From Octopus vulgaris (lineage: Eukaryota), in contig OX597814.1 in assembly GCA_951406725.2 (NCBI GenBank), positions 219,914,001 through 219,978,000 of the forward strand: 64,000 nucleotides of DNA, given 5' to 3'. The notes under the pieces were generated by a model, which saw only the letters and a list, made by a program, of their open reading frames with translations, was not told the origin of the DNA and did no database searches. This document shows, in pieces, positions 30,966 through 44,380 of the stretch. The translations under genes and the position numbers were made by a program. Every line of letters begins with the position of its first letter. The first letter of the stretch is position 1.

Positions 30966-31823
30966 TTATTATTATTATTATCATCATTAATTACTTGCAT
31001 GGAATCTTAATTGTCAGAGAAATCTGTCATGAATAGTAGAAATTTAGCCATACGAATATTCCTTGGCTTGTAGCTTCTGATAACCAGAATCAAACTCTCG
31101 GCCTTCGCACTCATCTTCCTAGCCTCAAAGTCCGGCGGAACTGTTTGTACTGGTAGGAGAAGAAGGGAAAATACGTCGGATAGATGGAACTCGTCTGTCT
31201 GACTAGGCAGTTCATCTAAGAGAGAGGGTAAACTTTGACATGCGGCAAAGTTTCAGAAGCAAATCCTAAGAAAAATTCCGCTACTGAAATTCCTAAAGTA
31301 GTCAAAAGTTGTTTTCAAAATAGTTTTTACAGTTTCTTGTACAATACTGGTGCCAAACCGTACAGACCCTTACTCTTCCTTTGGACAACGTCAGTGGTGA
31401 GGAGAGGGAAGACCTGCCGCATTGACAACTGTTGGTCTCCCATACTAACCCTACTCAAACTTGTAACATGCAAAGGACACTCCATCGCGATGGAACAACA
31501 AGGAAAGCTGCTGTTTACCGGTTATAAACCGGTAATCAAATTGGCACTAAAAGATGCTTTCGACATAGGGACGGGCCATTGTCTCACTGGACGGTTACCA
31601 TTCGCATCAAGCTGGCCAAATTCCAGCCATTTAAGCGCTGTCCCGTTGCAGTCTGCCTGCCTCACTCAGTGCATGTGTCCTACAGATACAAGTGGCATAA
31701 ATTGCAGTTGGTAAGTGGTGCACCAGGTATAACAGGAACACAAAAGTGCTAACGAAGTTGATAAGAGGAGCACGCTAAAAGTCCCAACCTGCAATTTTTC
31801 TACTTGTGCTAAATTTTAGCATA

Positions 31824-32534
31824 ATCTTGTGGCTCGTAAATTCCTACCCATCCATATATCTTATGTATCCAGTGTGTGTGTGTGTGTGTGCGCGCTGTCC
31901 CTCATTCTCGCTGCATAATATGTGACGCCATGATCTGTGAGACATTTCCCTCAATATAGCAGGGGTTATTGTTGCAAATGCCGCGATAACAGCTGCTTTC
32001 AATTCATTGTTGGAATTATGACGTTGTTTCGGCACAATGTCATTTATGTATCCTCAAAGAGAGTTATCACATGTTGTCTTGCGGGCCATTTCATGGGCGC
32101 CGGGGATGTTACAGAACCACGACCTATCCATTTGTCTGGAAAAGTGTCATTAAGATGATCTCACACAGTGAGGGCATAATGAGCCAGAGCTCCATCTTGT
32201 TGAAACTAAATCTCCTCTCCGATTCCAAGTATATCAAGTATTACTGTATAAACCATTGTTGTAACATGTTTAGATATGAAGTATGGTTTACTGACCCGTG
32301 AAAAAAGTATGGTCCAATAACATGACGCACATTAAATGCTGCCCACATCATGACATGCGGAGTATTGTATTCAATTTCTTCATAATAATGAAGGTTCTCT
32401 TTTACTCAGAAGTAAACATTTCGTGCTCGACTCGAACGGTAAATTGCGCACTCGTCCGTAATCACCCCTTTTCCCCGTGAAAGAATCGTATTGAATAACA
32501 TATGGACGGGTAGGACTTACGGGCCACCTTGTAC
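31824..32534 (-). mobile_element. Tc1/mariner superfamily deleted element
   Basis: TIRs gtggc(c/t)cgtaa..cctaccc.tccata; QQDGALAH..FPDKWIGRG..WPAR..ELKAAVIAAF remnants. Confidence 0.8.
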
Positions 32535-32922
32535 ATCCTCGAAAATGTACCTTTCCAAAAACTTATTTATTAAAAGAATTTTCCAAAATGTTATGAGGAA
32601 ACAAAGTCGGTGGCTCACCAAAATGCTGTTGCGCCAAGTCTAAAACCAAATTGAAGTTATGTCTTGAACGTTATATTGATTACACGAAACGATAAACTTA
32701 GCTTGGAAGTATTGTTAGTTGTAATATTTCCTGTTTTAAGCTTTCTTCCTACTAAAAGACATCAACGTGCGCGCGCGACAAAAAAATTTGCTTCTTGACA
32801 AAATGGTTCCGGTTTAGGTCCCATTGTGTAGCATCTTGGGCAAGTGTCTTCTACTATAGCCTTGCTGACCAAAACTTTGTGAATGGACTTGGAGACTGAA
32901 GGAAGCTCGTCGCGCGCGCGAC

Positions 32923-32977
<55 letters not shown>

Positions 32978-32993
<16 letters not shown>

Positions 32994-33169
32994 AAATATT
33001 AGGGAATAAATCCAAATTTACAGGGAAAAATCAGATTTAGGATTGAATCCAATTTTATAGTAAAATATTATATAATATTAATTAGAGACAAAACCACTAT
33101 TATGTAAATCAAACATATTGGATTAAGTCTTTCTTTGTTTGATTTACATAATAGTGGTTTTGTCTCTAA

Positions 33170-33180
<11 letters not shown>
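32978..33180. repeat. Fold-back fragment, same family as 8000-8190
   Basis: Inverted arms ~33070-33114 / 33135-33180, flanked by (TA)n. Confidence 0.8.
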
Positions 33181-33220
<40 letters not shown>

Positions 33221-34266
33221 TGTTTAATCTATGGATGTGACAACTGTTCATACGAAGGTGAAGGCTGCAATTCTTTAACTCAGTGTCTCCAAAATGTAAC
33301 GGTAATGGTGTGGTGTGGTGCATAAATGTGGAAGGGCATGCGAGATAAAGGAAGTTAACTTCTTGCATAGTTGGTGTTTGTGTTCTCGTCATTGTGTAGA
33401 AGTAACCTACAGATAGCAATGGAGTTCTTGAGAAAAGAAAGTGAGTTAGTGAGAGTGGTGGGACGAAACAACTGCTTCGTTGGTGAGTTATCATAATTGT
33501 CCCTTTGAACCTTTTCCTTTAGAGACGGCGTTTTGTTCAGCCGGTCAGTCAGACTCGGTTCTCGCTAACTGACTTTGGCTTACGGAGTTCTTGTTTTTAT
33601 AACTATTCAGATGGAGAGACATATTGTTGAGAACAATAGAGTTCGTTGATGATACCTGTTATCTCAATTCCAGCTTTTGGTGGCCTAGAAGAGGTTAGAA
33701 GGGTGAAGTGGCAAAGACATTATTTTGCTTAGCGAAGGCATCTGGCAAATGTAACTGGGATCTTTTCAATCTTAATCACAGATTTGGCTGCAACCGTACT
33801 TCCAAATACAAAAAATAAAATACTACAGGCAAGTAAACAAAAGTTGATGAAAATTAAGCAAAAGTTAAATAAAACAAGAGTCGTGAAAATAATTAGAAGC
33901 AGTAAGCAAAAATATCAAAAACACAGCAGCCAAGCTGAAGAACGAACTGAATAAACCACACGAGGTTGAAAAATGAATTTAACAACAGATGACCCAAAAG
34001 TTGTTGCTCTTCCATTACTTTCGCAAAAAGCAGTAACTTTCTTCAGCTAAATACACGTCATTGATTGGTTAAAATTACCCAAATGCGGCAACTTTAACAC
34101 GAAATAACTTCTAAAATACAAAACTTTATCAAAAACGTTAAGAGCGTCAGACAAAATGTAATATCTTGCGATTTTCCAGCTCTTCACTTTTCAAGTAAAA
34201 TCATATTAAGGTCAAATCTGATGTAGGTATGACAATTGTTATTTCTGTGGTAAACACAAAGGCAGA

Positions 34267-34497
34267 GGCGGCGAGCTGGCAGAAACGTTAGCACGCTGGG
34301 CGAAATGCTTAGCGGTATTTCGTCTGTCGTTACGTTGTGAGTTCAAATTCCGCCGAGGTCGACTTTGCCTTTCATCCTTTCGGGGTCGATAAATTAAGTA
34401 CCAGTTACGCACTGGGGTCGATGTAATCGACTTAATACCTATGTCTGTCCTTGTTTGTCCCCTCTGTGTTTAGCCCCTTGTGGGTAATAAAGAAATA
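34267..34497 (+). mobile_element. SINE family B with 18-bp TSD
   Basis: TSD ggtaaacacaaa(g/a)gcaga at 34249-34266 and 34498-34515. Confidence 0.9.
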
Positions 34498-34553
34498 GGT
34501 AAACACAAAAGCAGACAAAATATAAAGAACGTGAAAAACGGACGAAATACCAA

Positions 34554-34787
34554 TTTCTTTACTACCCACAAGGGGCTAAACACAGAGGGGACAAACAAGG
34601 ACAGACAAACGGATTAAGTCGATTATATCGACTCCAGTGCGTAACTGGTCCTTAATTTAATCGACCTCGAAAGGATGAAAGGCAAAGTCGACCTCGGCGG
34701 AATTTGAACTCAGAGCGAAGCGGCAGACGAAATAACGCTAAGCATTTCGCCCGGCGTGATAACGTTTCTGCCAGCTCACCGTTGTTA
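34554..34787 (-). mobile_element. SINE family B with ~13-bp TSD
   Basis: TSD ga(c/t)gaaataccaa at 34541-34553 and 34788-34800. Confidence 0.88.
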
Positions 34788-35447
34788 GATGAAATACCAA
34801 GGTATACTTGTATAAAAATAGTTATATGATCCTGTTCTTAATAATATATTTTACTGACTATATTTTACATGCAGCGGCAATACACATAAGTTTGGAATGA
34901 CAACAAGGTTTCTTTTTAAGATATATACATTATTTATTTTACATATTTTACTATCATGTTTGATGTTGGAAGTTCGTAAGTGTTAGCATGTTTTTGTGTC
35001 TGTGTGTTCGTTAGGCGTAAAAAGGTAACTGACCAGTGAAAATGACGATGGGATTTGATTCACAGTTAATGTTGTTGGTATCGGCTTGGCAACAGGTAAT
35101 AACAGATGGCTTAAGGTAGTTCTTAGAAGAAACTAGAACCCAAGAAACAGATAATTGATTTACCGTTTATGAGGTACACTGTAAGAGTTCCATATCAAGA
35201 TATTGCATGTCGCAGTTGAGATTAATTGAATCACTCGTTGTGTTTATCTTTCTCTTGATATGAATATACTTCCAGACATGTTTCTGTAGCCGTTTTCTTC
35301 GTGGCGAGAATTTCACCTAACCGCTATAGTTGAATCTGTAGTTGTCTCGTGTACAATTTAAATCTTCGATGTTTGTCGATTGGTTCTTGCTGCTTCTTCA
35401 TCATATGTTCTGCTTGTTATTTTTCTCTAGTTATAGATATCCTGTAA

Positions 35448-37881
35448 TTTCTTTATTATGATTATACAATCGTTACATAGAAGGACAAATACAGGACATA
35501 CATGTAAAAAACAGTTAAGAGGTTCGATTAAAAATTTTTCATAACATTTGGATTATTCATTATAAAAATTCGTCTGTAAATTGTCCTTTACATGACCAAT
35601 AGAATATTGTAACATTTACATAGACTTTCGATCTTACCGAAGTTATACACCCCGGCAATTTATAAGGCCCCGCAGCTTTTGTTTCCTCTCCTCCCTCCAT
35701 AGTTAAGCTGGGTTTCTGACGCCTACCTTTTTTTCCACTTCCTTCCATCTTTTCTCATACACACCCCGTGGTAAGATCCTCTTTTCCAGCCCCATTTTGC
35801 TCTTCAGATGATATCTGAAGTAAGTGAGCAAGCCGGGACCCGAGACAAAGGATCCTATCGCGACTCCTTCCATTCTTGTTCGCCACATGCATTCTTTTAC
35901 TATTGCAACCGTGCAGTGAAAACATGCCTCACCTTCCTTCGAGAGTCCAGTTGGCGGTATCATCTTAATCATAGACTCAGCCGACAGCTGTACTCGTCCC
36001 AGATGCGATAACACGTGTTCTGCGTAACTTATCAAGTCGGACAACTTCCGACAGTGTACAAAAGCGTGCTGGACGGTTTCATCGTCCAACTCGCACCTTG
36101 GACACGTCGGTGGCACTGAAATTCCGTGCCGCGATAACTTCTCGCGAACAGGTAAAGCATTCCTATAGCACTGCCAGGCCAGGGATCCAAATACCCCGTC
36201 CTGAAAGTCTTTTTAAACAGGTTGATAAGCTGGTCTTCGTCAAACCCCAGAGCCCCTCCTAGGACGTCGTCGTTCTTTGCCTCTACCAGCCTTCTATAAA
36301 ATACCGAGGTGGTATTTCCGCAGCCGGCCTTGCCCGCCTTGTGGATCAGCGTGAGTGCCTGTCGGCACTCCTTTTGCCATGAAGTCAGTTTCCATCTTTT
36401 GATGAGACCGGGTTTAAAATTCACTAAGGAGGCCGGTCTCGGGAAAAATCCCCCTGCCAGCGGACTCCACACCTTATCACCCTCCAGGTGGTGCCAGAGA
36501 TGCTTCAGCCTCAACGCATGTCATCAACCAAGGCATTCCTAACCCACCCTTTAACGGTTCCTGGCAGCAAACGGAGCGCCTCACAAGTGGCTTTCCTCCC
36601 TTCCACAAAAAGCGGAAAAGGATTCGCTCCAACTTGCTAAGCCATGAATCGGGGCAAGGAACAACGGTCAGGCGGTAAGTGATTACAGATGCAATGAACA
36701 TCTGTACCACCTCCGCCCTTCCTTTCAAGGACAGAAACCTTCTGGACCAGGTCCGTACTATGGCCTCCACCTTGCTCGTCACTTCACTCCAGTTCCTCTC
36801 CGTTTGGGAGTCTGGCCCAAACCAAACTCCTAGCAACTTAACAGGGCCATCCGTCCAGTGTCCCACGACACTGGACGATATCGACTTGCTCCTCCAGGTG
36901 CCGAGGCGCAAGCCAACCGACTTGTCCTTGTTAACCTTTGCTCCTGCCACCGCCTCGTATCCTCTGATAGCCTCTTCCACACAAGGTAGCTGGGCCTCAT
37001 TGGACACGATGAGGGTGACGTCATCCGCATATGCAGTAACCGTCCTCCCACCTCCGATCTCATCCGAGTTACTTCCCAGCCTCTCCAACTTTCGCAGCAA
37101 TGGCTCAAGAGCCAACACGTACAAAAGTGGTGACAAGGGGCACCCTTGACGAACTGAACATTCGATCGAAAACGGTTCCGTTAGGTAACCGTTTATCTGG
37201 ACGGTGGACTTGATGCCGCTATACATAGCGGAGATCCACCCGCGAAATTCAGGGCCCAGTCCAGCCGCTTCGAGGACCGTCGCCAGGTACTCATGGTCTA
37301 CCCTATCGAACGCTTTACTTTGGTCTAAATGGACCATTACCCCGCCCTTGCCGGTTAATTTACCCACCCTATCTAAGGTGTAGCGTATAAGGTGAAGGTT
37401 GTCCTGGATCGACCTGCCTGGAATTGCACATGTCTGTGCTCTCCCTACAAGTTTCTCCACGACAACCGTCAACCTTTTTGCCAACACCTTGGCCAGAATC
37501 TTTAACTCTACATTAAGTAGAGTTATGGGCCTGTAGTTACTAATGTTATCCCCCTTGCTCGGGTCTTTCTGGATTAGCGTCACCACTCCCCGGCTTACAG
37601 AACTGGGAATTCTCCCATTCTGCTGCCAGTTCGTGTAGACGCCTGCCAATATTCCCCCGATCAAGTCCGGCATACTTTGGTAAAACTCGTAGGGCAGACC
37701 ATCCAACCCCGGCGACTTCTCCCCGGCGCATCCGGCCAGTATCCCCTCTATCTCCGCGGGAGTGATCGCTTCTTCACAGCACTTCACCTCACGCCCCGAG
37801 AGCCGCGGTCCGCCGGCCAGGAAGTCCTTTAAGGTCCTCCCCCGCTCCGGCGCCACACCACTCCCGAACACGCGGGCGAAA
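35448..37881 (-). mobile_element. 5'-truncated Tx1/L1-clade LINE (RT + C-terminal CCHC finger), frameshifted
   Basis: KSPGLDGLPYEFY, NYRPITLLN, VRQGCPLSPLLY, YADD, CPRC..ETVQHAFVHC; perfect 16-bp TSD tatagatatcctgtaa (35432-35447, 37882-37897). Confidence 0.93.
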
Positions 37882-38814
37882 TATAGATATCCTGTAACCG
37901 TTTTCTTCATGGTGATATTTCACACTAACAGTATGAGAGGTATCTGTAACATCTTGTATTAATGGTGGTCGCCTGCCTCGAACTGGAACTTGGTCGAGTA
38001 TGCTCTGTGTGGTCAGAGACTTAGCTCTGAGAAGAACTAAAAACCTAAGACGAGCTCTGTGTGGTCAGCGGTTCGCCCTGAGAAGGACTGGAAACCTAAG
38101 ACGAATATTCTTCTGAGAAACCTTATTTATAGGCTTTATATGGCTCCCAATGAACTTCCGAAATGGAAAGCTGTGATTGGCTGCTTGGAACTATGGCGCG
38201 AAAATAAGTCGAGACATTTTGCGCCAAGTTATAACCAGCGGTGCGAGCGTAGTAGAGACCAACGTGTCAGCCAATCGAATTAGTGTTTACATCAATGTTG
38301 AACTAGCCAAAGCTGTTTGTTATCTCGACCGAGGTCATTCTATATACTCTTCTCAAACAGTGAAGATAGCACTGAGAGACGATATTGCTACACTTCCGTT
38401 TCGCGTTTATATTTAGATATAAAAATATATAAAAACTTTTAGGACAGCAACTTATTAACCTTAGGAAGAGCACAAACGATTCTTAATCTGCCAACATGTT
38501 ACTCGAGAATTGTGGGAAAACGAAGAAAGGATGGTGGAATCGTAACTTTCTACGGAGGAGGAAGAGGATTTTCTCGCTGATCTTATCGTTCGTTAAGGTG
38601 ATTTTGCCCCCCTTTTCTTTTTGTTATTCTGTGAAATGAGTTTGTAGGATCGTAAATTACTTTGGTACTTTAATACATGACTTGGTTATTGCAAGGAATG
38701 AAAGAAAATATTTTATTCTTTCTATTGTTTCTCGTAATGTTAATTATTGGGGTTTTAATATACAGAGGGTTACGTTGGTGGGAGACGTGGACGCACCGTC
38801 AAGGTTTAGTATTG

Positions 38815-38885
<71 letters not shown>

Positions 38886-38904
38886 TTAGTGAAAAAAAAT
38901 GACA

Positions 38905-39121
38905 GTGTTTAAACCTGCCATATCCGGCTAAAATATTCTCCCTCTTTTATGTCCAAACTAGTCAGATAGGGTCATTCATAGCTACCTTATTGTGTCATTT
39001 TAAAAATAAAGAATCACATCATTGAAATCTCAAAGCCATGAAATGATGCAAGATTAATTTTACACGGTGTGAATACATAAGCTTTACATTTGACAGAATA
39101 ATCTGAATGTTAAAGGGTTAA
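38905..39121 (+). mobile_element. piggyBac-like MITE, 5' TIR missing
   Basis: Homologous to 60032-60258; ends aaagggttaa. Confidence 0.7.
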
Positions 39122-39591
39122 GTACGAGTGAACGAGGATAAATTTTTATATTAACACCCGCACGATTTTTAAAATTAGGTTTTGTTTAGTGAAAGGGGTG
39201 AAACTACTTTTTTGTTTGTTTGTTTGAAAGTTTAGGAATATTACATGTCTTTAAAGAAACTGTTATTCTTAGTTCATTACTCAGGTTTTCGTCAGTAAGT
39301 CTGGTACGTAGACGATTTTTTGCATAATTCAGTTTGGGAAAAAAAAAACTGCTTACATTGATAAGGTGTCGAAAATTGAGATACGAATTTCAAGGCATCT
39401 TTATGAAAAGCAAGGAATCCATCGATCCAGTGATGGATGGATTCCAATAAAGGTAGATTATTATATTTCGATTTTATTAAGTTATACGACTGCAGATCAA
39501 TTAATGCTAATTGTAAGGAATCTGAAATTACCACAGGACACATATCAAAAGGTGTTTTTTAAACGCGTAGATCGATTTCGTGATCTTATAT

Positions 39592-39773
39592 TTACTCTGT
39601 TACTCTGTTACTTGTTTCAGTCATTTGACTGTGGCCATGCTGGAGCACCGCCTTTAGTCGAGTAAATCGACCCCAGTACTTATTCTATCGGTCTCTTTTG
39701 CCGAACCGCTAAGTGACGGGGACGTAAACACACCAGCATCGCTTGTCAAGCAATGCTAGGGGGACAAACACAC

Positions 39774-39811
<38 letters not shown>

Positions 39812-39817
39812 CATCAT

Positions 39818-39886
<69 letters not shown>

Positions 39887-40015
39887 GACAGGCTTCTTTC
39901 AGTTTCCGTCTGGTTTTCTTACCAAATCCACTCACAAGGCTTTGGTCGGCCCGGGGACTGACTACGTCCAGGTAGGGGCCACGGATTATGGCTTCACTAG
40001 TCTTGCCGGTCTTCT

Positions 40016-40066
<51 letters not shown>

Positions 40067-40220
40067 GACAGGCTTGTTTCGTTTCCGTCTACAAATCCAC
40101 TCACAAGGCTTTGTGGCGAGCTATAGAAAGACACTTGCCCAAGATGCCACGCAGTGGGACTGAACCAGGAACCATGTGGTTGGTTAGCAAGCTACTTACC
40201 ACACAGCCACTCCTGCGCCT
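39592..40220 (-). mobile_element. SINE family A, rearranged or partly duplicated
   Basis: Tail 39592-39955, head 40060-40220, duplicated cgacaggctt..cacaaggcttt and a foreign ~60-bp insert. Confidence 0.8.
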
Positions 40221-40449
40221 ATATTTCTTCATATCTACTTTCAAATTTCTTTAAAAGACTTTCACACTCGTCAGAGTATTCCTTTGTTGATTCGGAATTT
40301 TGTTCACTCAGTTTGGAAAAAATGTGTGAAACACTTTTTCAATTGTGTGACAAATAAATGAAGCATCGATTCAAAGGCTTTTGATATGAGAAAGCAAAAT
40401 GGTTACTAGCTGATTGGGGCCTTGTAGTTTCAAGTTCAAATTATTTAAA

Positions 40450-40511
<62 letters not shown>

Positions 40512-40535
40512 CCTATCTATCTATCATCTATCTAC

Positions 40536-41756
<1,221 letters not shown>

Positions 41757-42375
41757 TATCTACGAAAAATGTTAAATTGCCTTGGAAACTTTTTGTCTTC
41801 CAATTCTACAATAGGAACACCTTTTATATTCATAAAAATTTTCACGTTTTCCTTCAGTTCATAAAATCGCTTAAGCATCTGGGCCTTACTTAACCTCCTA
41901 ATTTCACAATGGTACAATAAATTCCCATATTCAGCTTCAAGATCTTTCACAATTTCTTTAATTTCTCTATTATTCAACCCTTTCCTTTTTATCAAATTAA
42001 CGGCCTTAGTTACAACCTTCATTACATTGCCCATCTAAGATTTCGCACCTAAACTTTTCATATCAATAAAGCATTGACACAAAGTTTTTGGATCGAGAAG
42101 ACGCTTCTTCAATTTATTCTTAATCAGAGCTACGAACCCTTTTTCACGACCTACCATAGATGGAACGCCATCTGTAGTAAGGCCACTCACTTTTTTTTCA
42201 TATGGTAAATCAAAATCTTTCAAGGCTGAGTTGACCATTTGAAATAAATCTTCCATGCATTAATTTCAAGGCAAGAAATTCTTCCCGGGTGTTGCTTTTT
42301 GCAGTTATTCCACGTATAAATATTGCAATCCGAGCAGTATTAGACAGATCAGTTGTCTCATCAACAGCTAGGGGT
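41757..42375 (-). pseudogene. hAT (Buster/SPIN/Charlie-like) transposase fragment
   Basis: LAVDETTDLSNTARIAIFIRG, LTTDGVPSMVG, LLYHCEIRRLS..MLKRFYELK. Confidence 0.85.
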
Positions 42376-42759
42376 CTTTTAAAGAAATTTTATATAAATA
42401 CCTTTCAAACGGTACACATTACGGTTATAAAGAAATTTGTGGGGAAAATCTTTTCCGATGAAGTGGAGGGAGAACTTTCGTAGAGAAAGAAATTCATAAA
42501 TTATTTTTTTGCTTGAATGTAATGGAAAAAGTTTGAAAAAGCTTAGATGCATTTTTTTTTGTTCGAGTAATAGAACAGGGTTTTTAAAAAGATCCCATGT
42601 ATCATGGTGAGAGAAACAAATTCATAAGTATGGTGTTGAATATGGTTCCGCAATAGAAAAAAGTGAAGGGCGATTTAGCTGTTGTTTTTCGCATATTTCA
42701 CAACCGTCTGATACCTTCCTTATTTGTGTAATATTTTTGGTTAATTATTACAAGTTCTT

Positions 42760-44380
42760 TCAGTTATGTCGAACGAACACAAAGTTAGCTGTGCGGAGGT
42801 CATTTGGTACGGATGATCTGGGTGTACTCTGTGTCGACATGGGAACAGGGCGCAACTGGCCTACGCTGTCTCTCAGTTGAGTGAGGTACCTTTTCACATC
42901 CGAGTCTGACTTCGTATTCGATTTCTGCGGAAGAAGTGTTGAGTTTTCTTTTGGGCAGTGCGGATTCCCAGTTTCATCCAATTCGGCCCGTTAAGTCTAG
43001 TTGCCAGGGATTCTCCACTAATCCGTTGGCTGTTGTGCGGTTCATTGTGATTCCCAAAAGGTCACATGTCATTCCACAGCTTTGAGGTGAATTGTGGACC
43101 CCAATCGGATGAGATGCTATCTGGGACACTGAAACGGGCAACCCAGTTTGCGATTAAAGCTCGGCTGACTTCTTGTGTTTCCATGCTGCGGAGAGGGATA
43201 GCTTCAGGCCAACGGGTGTAGCGATCTGCCAAGGTCAGTAGATATTAACAACCATGTGAAGGAGGCAGGGGGCTGACAAGGTCAGTGTTGACATGGCTGA
43301 ATCCGACCTGAGGTGGTTCATAGTTGCCGAGGGGTGCTTTGGTGTGTTGATGGACCTTGGCTTGTTGACAGGGGATGCAAGACCTAGCCCAGTCCCCGAT
43401 TTGCTTGGCCATACCGTGCCAGATAAATTTGCTTGACAGCAGCCGTGTGGCTTTAGTACCTGGGTGGGAAAGTCTATGAATGATGTCGAAAACTTTTTTG
43501 CGCCAGGCTGATGGGACGATCAGTCGTGGCTTCCCAGTGGATACATCACACAGTAGGGTTGTGCCGTTAGAGCCAAATGGTACATCTTGCAAAGAAAGTG
43601 ATGTGATGGCAGTGCGATAGGCCCTGATCTCGTCATCTGTCTGTTGGGTTGCAGCCATAGCTTCGTAATCCAAGCCTTCCATTATTGGTGCTAGGTAGGT
43701 GTGAGAGAAAGTAGGAGCATGAGAGAGTGTGTTGGCAACTGGGTTGCCCTTACCAGTTATGTGTTGGATGTCTGTGGTGTACTTAGAAATTGCCGAAAGC
43801 TGTCGTAACTGGCATGCAGACCAAGGCTTCGAGAGCTTGCTCATAGCAAAGGTGAGTGGTTTGTGATCTGTGAATACTGTAAACGTGCGGTCTTCAAGGA
43901 AATAGCGAAAGTGGCGGACACCTAGATGACCAGTCAGTAGTTCCCTGCCAAAAGCACTGTATTTCTATTCAGTGGGTCGTAGATGATGGCTGAAGAGGGC
44001 GAGCGGTCGCTACTGACTGTTGCTGTGTTGTTCCAAACCGCCCCCAATGGCTGTGTCGGATGCGTCAACTGTGAGTGCAGTCCAAGCTGACATATGAGGA
44101 TGGAACAGCACGGTTGGTTGGGCCAGGGCTTGTTTTGTGAATTCGAAGGCTGAAGTCATTGTACTATCCCATACCAACTGTCTTTTTGCACCTTTTTTTT
44201 GACAGTGCCTTGTATAGGGGTCGCATCACTTTTGCTGCAGAAGGGATGAAGCGATAGTAAAAGTTTACCATGCCCACGAATTGATGTAGAGCCTTGTTTG
44301 TGGTGGGGCGTGGAAAGAATAGGATTGCTTTTACTTTTTCTGGCAGGGGTGTAACGCCGGCACTTGTGATTCGATGTCCT
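42760..44380 (-). pseudogene. Gypsy/Ty3 pol fragment (RT end, RNase H, integrase)
   Basis: VDASDTAIG, VFTDHKPL, IQHITGKGNPVA, IHRLSHPG..CIPCQ, HVNTDLV. Confidence 0.88.

Noticed and set aside
31235-31714. 159-aa ORF
   Set aside because: Non-ATG start, no motifs; probably decayed repeat
34010-34050. CUGAAGA...GAAA on the minus strand
   Set aside because: Stems I and III do not form and there is no NUH site
39393-39455. Possible micro-exon (HLYEKQGIHRSSDGWIPIK)
   Set aside because: Weak splice signals and no recognisable homology
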